Made by a program: the position numbers and the translations under genes
Source of the DNA: a virus
Lineage: Duplodnaviria; Caudoviricetes
Length of the DNA: 27,953 nucleotides
Reading direction: 5' to 3' (one strand)
IMG/VR virus record: IMGVR_UViG_3300046007_003530
Location: 1 to 27,953 of that record
Notes under the pieces: generated by a model
The model's database searches: none
The model's input: only the letters and a program-made list of their open reading frames with translations
Told to the model about the DNA's origin: nothing
Shown here: positions 1 to 8,400 of the stretch, in pieces
Position numbering within the stretch: the first letter of the stretch is position 1
Layout of the letters: every line of letters starts with the position of its first letter

Positions 1-2
1 GG

Positions 3-35
3 GGTATAGCCATGTCAATGGTATTCGGAGGATAA
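3..35 (+). CDS. 3' end of an upstream ORF (...GIAMSMVFGG-stop), probable anchor/fibre protein of cassette A (partial)
   Basis: Frame from nt 3 reads GGT ATA GCC ATG TCA ATG GTA TTC GGA GGA TAA, 1 nt before the ATG at 37. Same junction geometry as 2228/2232 (..KIFWG-stop then MAAPNI). Confidence 0.6.
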   Translation, partial: GIAMSMVFGG

Positions 36-36
36 A

Positions 37-393
37 ATGGCAGCACCTAATATAATTAATGTGTCAACAATTTATGGCAAATCATCATATGCCAATTTAA
101 CGACAGTATATGCTAATGTAATCACTAATAGTGCAACTTCGGGTAATGTAATTAAAGTAAATGAAATAACAGTAAGTAATTACACAGGAAGTACAGTAGG
201 TTGCAATGTACAGGTGGGCAGAGGATCTTCTTTATTTTTTATTGTAGGAAACATATCAGTTCCGGCATCTAGTACACTAGTAGTGGTAGCTAAAGATACT
301 AATTTGTATTTAGAAGAAGGCGACTACATACAGGCCAATGCTACAGCTAATGTTACTGCACATTTAATTGCTAGTTATGAGGTTATATATTAA
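37..393 (+). CDS. Small beta-rich virion protein, putative fibre adaptor (MAAPNI family, copy 1)
   Basis: 118 aa, GGAGG RBS at 27-31. Ungapped manual alignment with 2232-2588 gives about 64/118 identities (MAAPNIIN, ISVPA, Y[LM]EEGDY, SYEV). Confidence 0.75.
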   Translation: MAAPNIINVSTIYGKSSYANLTTVYANVITNSATSGNVIKVNEITVSNYTGSTVGCNVQVGRGSSLFFIVGNISVPASSTLVVVAKDTNLYLEEGDYIQANATANVTAHLIASYEVIY

Positions 394-1175
394 TGCCTCG
401 TACAAGATACAACCACAGTGTAATAGGAGCAAGGCAAACTACGTCTGCCGCGGCAGCGTCTGGAATATTTGGTCTGACAGATCATCAGGTGCTTGTGGGT
501 GCCGGATTGTTTCCTAAACCAGAACTTCCTACTATCCCAGCAACATTAATAGCAAGTTCCTTTTGGAACACCAATGGTTATAGTGCAGCTGGTACCGCAG
601 TTCCGGTAACCATGCCAGCTGGTACACAAGCCGGTGATTCAGTTATAATAATACAAGCATTTACCGGATTAAACAATGCTGCTGCTACTACAAATAAAAC
701 TGGTTGGACCGGCACTGTTTATTATAACGATACATTGAATGGTTACTACGGTATGATATGGACCAAACTAAGTGTTGCATCTGGGGACCTGACAGGAATG
801 ACCCTAACTCCTAGTGCAACAAGCAGTGGAAATGATTACGGAACATTTGCGGCAATAACATTTAGAAACTTGCAAACTTTCAATATTCAATTAAACAATA
901 CTAGACCAAGTGGTGAAAACCCTTTTGTTACACAAGGTATAACAAAAACCGGAGGATCAGATTTTATATTATCAGTAGTCAATGATAGAACTGGTAGCAC
1001 ATTGACTGCAGGTGCCGGGTGGACCCAACTTGGGTCAGTGTTTGCCTTAGGCAATATTTTTACTTTGGCGGTTTCATATAAGGCAAGTGCATCGTATACG
1101 AGTCTTGACACTATCCCATGGTCTAGAGGGGCTACTACTTATACCATTGGAAATTGGACAATTGATGCTATATAA
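393..1175 (+). CDS. Putative fibre tip / receptor-binding protein of cassette A
   Basis: TAATG overlap with the adaptor. First ~42 aa resemble those of 2588-3604; the rest is a Thr/Gly-rich beta domain (MPAGTQAGDSVIII...GWT). Confidence 0.6.
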   Translation: MPRTRYNHSVIGARQTTSAAAASGIFGLTDHQVLVGAGLFPKPELPTIPATLIASSFWNTNGYSAAGTAVPVTMPAGTQAGDSVIIIQAFTGLNNAAATTNKTGWTGTVYYNDTLNGYYGMIWTKLSVASGDLTGMTLTPSATSSGNDYGTFAAITFRNLQTFNIQLNNTRPSGENPFVTQGITKTGGSDFILSVVNDRTGSTLTAGAGWTQLGSVFALGNIFTLAVSYKASASYTSLDTIPWSRGATTYTIGNWTIDAI

Positions 1176-1179
1176 TATT

Positions 1180-1476
1180 ATGAATTATTATTGTGTTTTA
1201 AACGACAACGTAGTACAAAGAATAATTTTCACCGAGGAGGTATTAGAGGAAACCGCTGACCTCAAACAAACCAGTTACGATACACAATTCCGTAAAAATT
1301 TTGGATGTGTTGGATATTTTTATAACGAAAATTTAGATGCCTTTATATCTCCAAAGCCATATGACAGTTGGATTTTGAATGAAACTACTGGAAAATGGCA
1401 AGCACCCATTGCAAGACCAAATGATGATGTAAGATACATGTGGAATGAAGACACCCAAACGTGGGAATATATTTAG
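1180..1476 (+). CDS. Small Trp/Pro-rich fibre accessory (assembly chaperone-like) protein, copy 1
   Basis: In-frame ATG at 1180, just after the upstream stop (the ORF-track start at 1087 overlaps the previous gene). QTSY..FRKN..G..Y...DAFI.P.P..SWILNETT..W..P...PND...Y.WNEDT..W is shared with 3618-3986. Confidence 0.7.
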   Translation: MNYYCVLNDNVVQRIIFTEEVLEETADLKQTSYDTQFRKNFGCVGYFYNENLDAFISPKPYDSWILNETTGKWQAPIARPNDDVRYMWNEDTQTWEYI

Positions 1477-1484
1477 GATAAAAA

Positions 1485-2228
1485 ATGAGCTTTCCAACCG
1501 CACCCATTGATGGGGAAATAGCAACAGTAAACGGAATTAAGTATTCCTATAGCTCTGCTACCAACAGTTGGACCAGAATAGCGGCTGGTAAGTTTACCGC
1601 AGCCGCAGCAGCATCACCGCCTAGCAATCCGGCATTGGGCGATCAATGGTATAACACAAACTTAGACATATTGTTTGAATACATCAACGACGGTACTTCG
1701 TCGTACTGGGTAGATATTATAAGTCTTGGTCAAGCATCAGGAAATGTATCTGCTCTGGTAGATTCTACACTACAAGGTAATGTAGTAGTAGGAATTAATA
1801 GCATATACAGCATAGGTGCCAGCAATGGATACTTGAACAATCTTTATGCCAATGCAATTACAGCAAATGCTATTACAGTAAACGGTAACATTATTCCTAG
1901 TGCCAATGTTACATACAACCTAGGCAGTACCAACTATAGATTCAAAGATTTGTTTTTGAGCGGTAACACTATTGATTTGGGTGGTGCTACAATAAAAACT
2001 GATGCAACAAGTGGTGCTATAGCGTTGATACCGCTGCCTACACCGAGTAATCCTGATCCCACTGGTGTAGTTATATCTGCAACCGGTGCTATAACTACCG
2101 TAACTACTACAGGCGGCACAGTATCAGGAAATGCAATTGGTAATGCAACAACCGGCGGTAGTTCAATTGGAGCAAACACATCTGTTATAAATGCTCAAGT
2201 ATGGGCGCAAAAAATATTTTGGGGATAA
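1485..2228 (+). CDS. Fibre anchor/shaft protein (MSFP family), cassette B
   Basis: AGGA RBS. N-terminal MSFPTAPIDG..TVNGIKYSY..W and PSNPALGDQWYNT...DGTSSYWVDI; shaft-like NIIPSANVTYNLGS..RFKDLFLSGNTI; ends KIFWG. Confidence 0.7.
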   Translation: MSFPTAPIDGEIATVNGIKYSYSSATNSWTRIAAGKFTAAAAASPPSNPALGDQWYNTNLDILFEYINDGTSSYWVDIISLGQASGNVSALVDSTLQGNVVVGINSIYSIGASNGYLNNLYANAITANAITVNGNIIPSANVTYNLGSTNYRFKDLFLSGNTIDLGGATIKTDATSGAIALIPLPTPSNPDPTGVVISATGAITTVTTTGGTVSGNAIGNATTGGSSIGANTSVINAQVWAQKIFWG

Positions 2229-2231
2229 AAA

Positions 2232-2588
2232 ATGGCAGCACCAAACATAATTAATTCAACTACTGTACTAGGCAAACGAGCCTATGCCATATTAACAACA
2301 TCCATGGCCAATGTTGTCACTAGTGGTGCAACATCAGGAAATCTTGTCAAGATAAGTGAACTGTCAATTAGTAATATCACAAGTTCTATTATTACATCAA
2401 ATGTTGCAGTTGGTCGAGGCGGTACATTATACTATGTTGCGGGAACTATTAGTGTGCCTGCTAATTCAATCTTGACATTGGTTTCGCGAGATTCGGCCTT
2501 TTACATGGAAGAAGGCGACTACTTGCAGGCCAACGCCAGTACAGCAAACAGCGGTCATTTGTCTGTCAGCTATGAGGTAACTTCCTAA
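2232..2588 (+). CDS. Putative fibre adaptor (MAAPNI family, copy 2)
   Basis: 118 aa paralog of 37-393; GGGGA RBS formed by the last codons of the upstream gene. Confidence 0.75.
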   Translation: MAAPNIINSTTVLGKRAYAILTTSMANVVTSGATSGNLVKISELSISNITSSIITSNVAVGRGGTLYYVAGTISVPANSILTLVSRDSAFYMEEGDYLQANASTANSGHLSVSYEVTS

Positions 2589-3604
2589 TGCCATTGACTA
2601 AAAGTAATTACGGTATCATTGGCAATGTAATTACAGTAGGTAATACAAGCAGTGGTTTTTTGTCCGGAAGAGTGGATCAACAATTGTTGCAGGGAACAGG
2701 TTTATGGCCATTTTTAGTGGGACCGCCATCATCTGTAGAATATCTTGTGGTAGCCGGAGGTGGTGGCGGTGGTGGTGGCTCCGTTATAGGAGGCTATACC
2801 GGAGGTGGCGGCGGCGGCGCCGGCGGCTTTAGAACAGGCTCACTTGCTGTTACTGCTGCTGTGTCCTACACTGTAACAGTCGGTGGCGGAGGTCCTGCAG
2901 GTGGTACAGCTTCGCCTGGTACCAAAGGTGCAGACTCTATTTTTGCAAGTATAACTAGTGACGGTGGCGGGCGGGGAAGTCATGGTGGGGGGATAGCATA
3001 TGACCCATCAGATCTAGGCCGAGGTGGTGCTGGTGGTTCTGGTGGCGGATCTGGTTATAGGTACTTGGTTGGTGGTGCAGCTACAGCAGGTCAAGGTAAC
3101 AATGGTGGTTTTGCAGGATCTGCAGAAGAAGGGTCCGGAGGTGGTGGTGGTGCCGGTGCTGTTGGTGGAAATGGTACTCAAGTTGTATCATACACTGGTG
3201 GTAATGGCGGAATTGGAGCAAACTCAAGTATAACTGGTACGGCAGTGACTTATGCTGGTGGCGGTGGCGCAGGCGGACTTGGAGGTGGTAGTTATGACGG
3301 TAGGGGAGGCACCGGCGGGTTAGGCGGCGGTGGTATTGGCGGCGGTAACAATGGTATATACTCAACACCAAGTGGCGATGCAACTGCCGGGTCACCTAAT
3401 ACCGGCGGTGGTGGCGGAGGCGGTACTCGAAATTTGGGAGCTGGAACCCCTGCACTAGGAGCAGCCGGTGGATCAGGTATAGTTGTTATAAGATATCCAG
3501 CTATAAATGCTGCTGCAACAGCCACTACAGGATCGCCCACTGTTTCAGTGAGTGGTGGATATAGAATTTATACCTGGACCGGTAGTGGATCAATAACATT
3601 TTAA
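2588..3604 (+). CDS. Glycine-rich (polyglycine-II type) fibre tip protein, cassette B
   Basis: VEYLVVAGGGGGG...GGGGGAG repeats...GGSGIVVIRY...YRIYTWTGSGSITF, the typical layout of phage Gly-rich domains; TAATG coupling to the adaptor. Confidence 0.8.
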   Translation: MPLTKSNYGIIGNVITVGNTSSGFLSGRVDQQLLQGTGLWPFLVGPPSSVEYLVVAGGGGGGGGSVIGGYTGGGGGGAGGFRTGSLAVTAAVSYTVTVGGGGPAGGTASPGTKGADSIFASITSDGGGRGSHGGGIAYDPSDLGRGGAGGSGGGSGYRYLVGGAATAGQGNNGGFAGSAEEGSGGGGGAGAVGGNGTQVVSYTGGNGGIGANSSITGTAVTYAGGGGAGGLGGGSYDGRGGTGGLGGGGIGGGNNGIYSTPSGDATAGSPNTGGGGGGGTRNLGAGTPALGAAGGSGIVVIRYPAINAAATATTGSPTVSVSGGYRIYTWTGSGSITF

Positions 3605-3617
3605 TTAGATAAATTGT

Positions 3618-3986
3618 ATGGCACATTTTGCAAAATTAGATGAAAATAAAACGGTAATCGAAGTAATTGTGGTTAGTAACCAGGTGTTGTTGGATCCCAA
3701 TAACATTGAACGAGAAGAACTTGGTATTGCTTTTTTAATTATCTGGTCAGGTGGGCATCCATGGTGGCGACAAACCAGCTACAATGGCAATTTTAGAAAA
3801 AATTATGCAGGAACAGGTTACACATATGATGTGGCAAGGGACGCATTTATTCCACCACGGCCATTTGCAAGCTGGATATTGAATGAAACAACTTGCCAAT
3901 GGGAACCTCCGGTACCTATGCCAAATGATGGCAATCAATATACCTGGAACGAAGATACCGCAAGTTGGGACCAGTTCGACCCATAA
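3618..3986 (+). CDS. Small Trp/Pro-rich fibre accessory (assembly chaperone-like) protein, copy 2
   Basis: MAHFAKLDEN...QTSYNGNFRKNYAG...DAFIPPRP..SWILNETT..W.PP..MP.DG..Y.WNEDT..W; paralog of 1180-1476. Confidence 0.75.
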   Translation: MAHFAKLDENKTVIEVIVVSNQVLLDPNNIEREELGIAFLIIWSGGHPWWRQTSYNGNFRKNYAGTGYTYDVARDAFIPPRPFASWILNETTCQWEPPVPMPNDGNQYTWNEDTASWDQFDP

Positions 3987-3989
3987 ATA
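3984..3989 (+). promoter_or_regulatory. Putative late promoter (ATAAATA)
   Basis: TAAATA overlapping the stop of 3618-3986, 20 nt before ATG 4010, with an AGGA RBS between. Confidence 0.5.
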
Positions 3990-4009
3990 TAAAAACAGTA
4001 GGAAAGAAC

Positions 4010-4309
4010 ATGTACGATTTAGCAGCAGCACTAGTGAGTTTGAGACCAGGTGCAGCCTGGACATTGTCAGGCGAAGAATATTCTGGACTGTCATGGCTAG
4101 ACTCAGAACAAACACAGCCCACTGAAGCAGAATGCATAGCTGAAATGGCAAGATTACAAGCTGATTATGAGAGCAAAGAATATCAAAGATTGCGAGCAAA
4201 GGAATATCCCAGCTTCGCAGATCAATTTGACACACTGTATCACGGCGGGCTAGCAGCTTGGCAAGCACAAATTCAAGCAGTAAAAGACAAGTATCCTAAA
4301 CCGGAATAA
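4010..4309 (+). CDS. XkdW-like small tail/fibre accessory protein
   Basis: ATG 4010 with AGGA RBS (rather than 3965). LRPGA.W.L.G..Y..L.W...PTEAE...YQRLRA.EYP..DQ.D.LYH...W...I.AVK.KYPK pattern typical of phage fibre-associated small proteins. Confidence 0.6.
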   Translation: MYDLAAALVSLRPGAAWTLSGEEYSGLSWLDSEQTQPTEAECIAEMARLQADYESKEYQRLRAKEYPSFADQFDTLYHGGLAAWQAQIQAVKDKYPKPE

Positions 4310-4313
4310 TTGA

Positions 4314-4856
4314 ATGGCATTAGTTGGAATACAAGATTATATAGCAGGCACTGCGTTTCAAAGCACAGGCACGAATATTGCCGCTGCTGTGGCCGACGCA
4401 CGATCCATACTACAGGTTGTTTCTTCTGTTAACCGAGATGTATTTACAACCACCAGTACAGCATTCGTTCCTATAACAGGGTTTGCAGTGACAATTACAC
4501 CTGGTTCGTTGTCTAGTCAAATATTATTATTTGGACAGCTTAATTTTTCGGCAGCAGGAACTAGCCCAATTGGATTTAATCTGTTGTGCAATGGCCGAGA
4601 GATATATCCTAACAACGTTGTAGCTGGTAGGTACTCAGGATGGGCTCTAGTGAATCCTGCTACTACGGGTGCAGACAATTTTCATTTTACGTTTTTGCAC
4701 AGGCCCACAGCCGTAGGGGTACAAACTTATACAATGCAAGTCAAACTCAATGCAGCAGGCACTCTTTTTATAAACCGTAACAGCGATGATACAGCCAACG
4801 CACTTACCTCATTTCGGGGTGCCACATCTATCACTGCCATGGAGATAACCACATGA
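4314..4856 (+). CDS. Small beta-sandwich virion/fibre protein (ILQVV...SITAMEI family)
   Basis: ILQVVS...FTTTSTAFV.ITG..VTITP.S.SS.IL...TYTMQ...INR...SITAMEI motif string, as seen in small phage fibre-tip proteins; ATGA overlap with the next gene. Confidence 0.6.
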   Translation: MALVGIQDYIAGTAFQSTGTNIAAAVADARSILQVVSSVNRDVFTTTSTAFVPITGFAVTITPGSLSSQILLFGQLNFSAAGTSPIGFNLLCNGREIYPNNVVAGRYSGWALVNPATTGADNFHFTFLHRPTAVGVQTYTMQVKLNAAGTLFINRNSDDTANALTSFRGATSITAMEITT

Positions 4857-5152
4857 GTTTCCCAGTAGCACCAGTTAACGGTGAAATTACCACAGTAAAC
4901 GGAATCAGATATTATTACAATTCTGATTATTCGGCGTGGATACGATTACCAAACGCTAAATTTACTGCCGCCGCAACTGGACCAACTAATTCAGCTCTGG
5001 GAGACCACTGGTACGACACAAATGAAGATGTGCTTTATGAATGGACATTTGATGGCACAAGTTACTACTGGGTTGATATATCTTCAGGCTTGGTAGCAGG
5101 CACCACCACCACCGTGTTGCCATTTCATCCATTTTTATTATCAGGAATGTAA
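4853..5152 (+). CDS. Minimal fibre anchor protein (MSFP family), cassette C
   Basis: First ~77 aa collinear with 1485-2228 (MSFP.AP..GEI.TVNGI.Y.Y...W.R...KFTAAA..P.N.ALGD.WY.TN.D.L.E...DGTS.YWVDI); ends FHPFLLSGM. Confidence 0.75.
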   Translation: MSFPVAPVNGEITTVNGIRYYYNSDYSAWIRLPNAKFTAAATGPTNSALGDHWYDTNEDVLYEWTFDGTSYYWVDISSGLVAGTTTTVLPFHPFLLSGM

Positions 5153-5161
5153 GGACACCGT

Positions 5162-5491
5162 ATGCCAACAGTATATAAAGTTTTAGGACAATCGAATCCA
5201 GCAGCCGATGCAGCAACTACATTGTATACTGTACCGGCAGGTAATAGTGTGGTAGTTTCAACCTTGGCAGTGTGCAATCAGCTAGGCACCGCAGCCAATT
5301 TCAGACTGGCAATAAGACCAGCTGGCGAAACACTCAGCAGCAAGCATTACTTAAATTTTGATACACAAGTGCCCGGGTTTGATCAACTGTCATTGACCAT
5401 TGGCATTACACTAGCTGCCACTGATGTTGTTACTGTGTTTGCTAACACAGCCAATGTCAGTTTCAATCTATTCGGAACCGAGATGTACTAA
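5162..5491 (+). CDS. Putative fibre adaptor (MPTVYKVLGQ family), cassette C
   Basis: 109 aa all-beta (TTLYTVPAG...STLAVCN...ITLAATDVVTV...SFNLFGTE); AAGGA RBS; same position and size as the MAAPNI adaptors. Confidence 0.7.
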   Translation: MPTVYKVLGQSNPAADAATTLYTVPAGNSVVVSTLAVCNQLGTAANFRLAIRPAGETLSSKHYLNFDTQVPGFDQLSLTIGITLAATDVVTVFANTANVSFNLFGTEMY

Positions 5492-8400
5492 TGGCCATCA
5501 CCAAAGCTAGTGCTCAAACAACTGTTAACTCGGGTGTGACCGCAGCAGCAGCCGCTACTGTGAATCAAATTACCACCGCACCGTCTACCGCTACCGTAGT
5601 GGCCGGCGGAGGTTCGCTAGGCGGTGTTACAATCAGTAATGTTGCTATCACAGACTCGACCTTTGCTAACGTGTTAAGTGGAGATACAGCAGTAAGTTCA
5701 GCTGGTGGTTTCGTTAGAATTACCGGCACAGGATTTAAAACTGGCGCCAATGTGTTTTTAGGATCAACTGTGCTTGCAAACACATTTGTTGATTCCACAC
5801 GGATCAATGCCAATATACCTGCTACCGCAGCTGGCAATTATCAGTTTACAGTGTTTAACACCGATGGATCTGGTGCAATATCGCCGGCTGGCTTATTGAT
5901 ATCCGGGCCACCTTCTTGGACAACTACTTCATACACATCTGGTTCGTTAACATTAGGCATTCAGCTGTTGGCCTCAGGTGATGCACCGCTCACTTACTAC
6001 ATTCAACCAGGCAGTGCCAATCCACAAAATTTAGCGGTAAACAGTGCCGGATACCTGTCGGGCACTGTGTCGGCTGAAGGATCTTATACTGTCACTGTTG
6101 TGGTAGACGATGCACAAGGTCAAAGCACACAAGCAGACATCACTACCACAATTAGTTTAACCGATCCTTATTTTAATTTAACAACACTGGCATTATCAGC
6201 CGACACCAATGTATGGATCACTGATGCTAGCACAAATAGATTTGTAGCAACGCTTCAGGCTGATGTACGACCCTTGGCATTTAGTCCATATAAAACTAGT
6301 TGGAGCAATTTTTTTAGTGGAACAAGTGATTACTTACGGGCCGATGCGGCTTTAAGTTCAATAACTAGTACATCTCAAAGTTGGACGGTAGAATGTTGGG
6401 TATATCCGTTGGTTGCCGGTAGTTCAGGACCAACAACAGATGATTACATAATTGGCATGAATACAATTGCAAGCGGTGCTAATGAATTTTTAATAGGTTT
6501 GCAAAATATATACGTGAATGGTAGTGCCTCAGCTCTCACTTCACCAATTGGTAGTAGGCAATGGACTCATGTTGCAGCAGTCTACAATGGCTCAACTTTA
6601 AAAGTTTATATTAATGGCGTGCTTAGTAACTCATTTAATGAAACCGTTGGACCATTAAATCTTTGTGTTTTTGGAATAGGTGTTGAATTTGATGCAGCGA
6701 ATGGCGGAACTCCTAGTAATTATTTTAATGGCTACATTTCAAATCTTCGTTTTGTTGCCGACACTGAGGTATACACAGCTAATTTTACTCCACCGACTAG
6801 TCCACTGACTGCAATAGCAAACACAAGCTTATTAACATGTCAAAGTAATCGTTTTATAGATAATAGTACTAATAACTTTACAATAACAAAAGCAGGTGAT
6901 CCTACTGTAAGTAACTTTGGCCCCTTTGATGAAACAGATACAACAACAGGCAGTGGATTCTTTGATGGTACTGGTGATCGTATAGAATTTGCCAACGACG
7001 TGGCATTACAGATGGGAACTGGAAGCTTTACTATAGAAGCTTGGGTGTATAGTACAGCTTCGCAATCACTTAACTCAGGTATTGTAGCTAAGGGTGCAGC
7101 ATCAACTGGTTTTACTATTAATGTCACAGGAACAACAGTTGCGGTGGCACAGGGTGGAACAGCATCGCTTCTTACTTCGGCGTCTGGAGCAGTACCACTT
7201 AATGCTTGGACACACGTGGCCTATGTAAGAAGTGGTACTACCATTTATTTGTTTGTCAATGGTATACAGGTTGACACAGGAACTAGTTCATATGATTTAA
7301 CTGAAACAAATCTTTTACGCATTGGAGCTAACCGTACCAATGGAGCACAGTTTCAAGGATATATCAGCAATGTACGTGTCATTAAAGGCACTGCACTTTA
7401 TACCAGTAATTTTACACCATCGACTACTTTGTTTACAGCAGTTGCAAATACCAGTCTGCTGACACTACAGTACCCTGTCGGTGAAAACAATCACAGATTT
7501 GTAGATTCATCCGGGTTCAATCACTTGGTTACCAGAAACGGCAATGCCACACAAGGTACTTATTCGCCGTTCAGCCAAACAGGTTGGAGTAATTATTTTG
7601 ATGGTAGTGGAGATTTTTTAAGCCTAGCTGATAATGCTGCGTTAAATCCTGGAACTAGTGATTTTGTTATGGAGGCGTGGGTTTATATTACAGCACCCAC
7701 TGGTAATAATCAAGGTTTTAATGGAAAAGGGACCGCTGGTACAGACGGATACAGTTTTTTCATGACCAATGACAGAGTGCTGAGTTTTGTTTGGAATGGA
7801 ACAGGTGGAGCTACAATCACTGGCGGGACGCTCAATCTTAATCAATGGCATCATATAGCTGTAGTCAGAAACAGTAATGTAATACGCCTGTATCTTGACG
7901 GTACAGGAGCTGGATCTTCCACTGCATGTACAACAGATATAACTTCAACTGCTACAAAATTCGTTGGTCAAGCTCGAGGTGGTAATCCTATTTTGGGTTA
8001 TATGAGCAATTATAGAATGATAAAAGGATCTAGACCAGCAACTTATAATGCTACATCTTTATCTTTAACTGTACCAACTTCACCGTTAACAGCCATATCA
8101 GGTACAAGTTTACTAACTTGCCAAAGTAATAGATTTATTGACAATAGCACTAACGCCTTCGCAATCACTCGCAACGGAGATACAATAGTTCAAGCCTTCT
8201 CACCATTTGCTCCCGATGCTGAATACAGTGCAGCCACCAATGGCGGTAGTGCGTATTTTGATGGCACTGGAGATAATTTAACACAAGCATCCGGACAACA
8301 AGTCAGCTTTGGTACTGGAAATTTTACTATAGAAGCATGGATATATTGGACAACCAGTATAGCCAGTGAATCAGCCATAATGTGGGGCAACGGTGTGGGA

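Noticed and set aside
2750-3480. G-rich GGTGGC/GGCGGT runs as G-quadruplex or tandem DNA repeat
   Set aside because: Explained by glycine codons with varied third positions.
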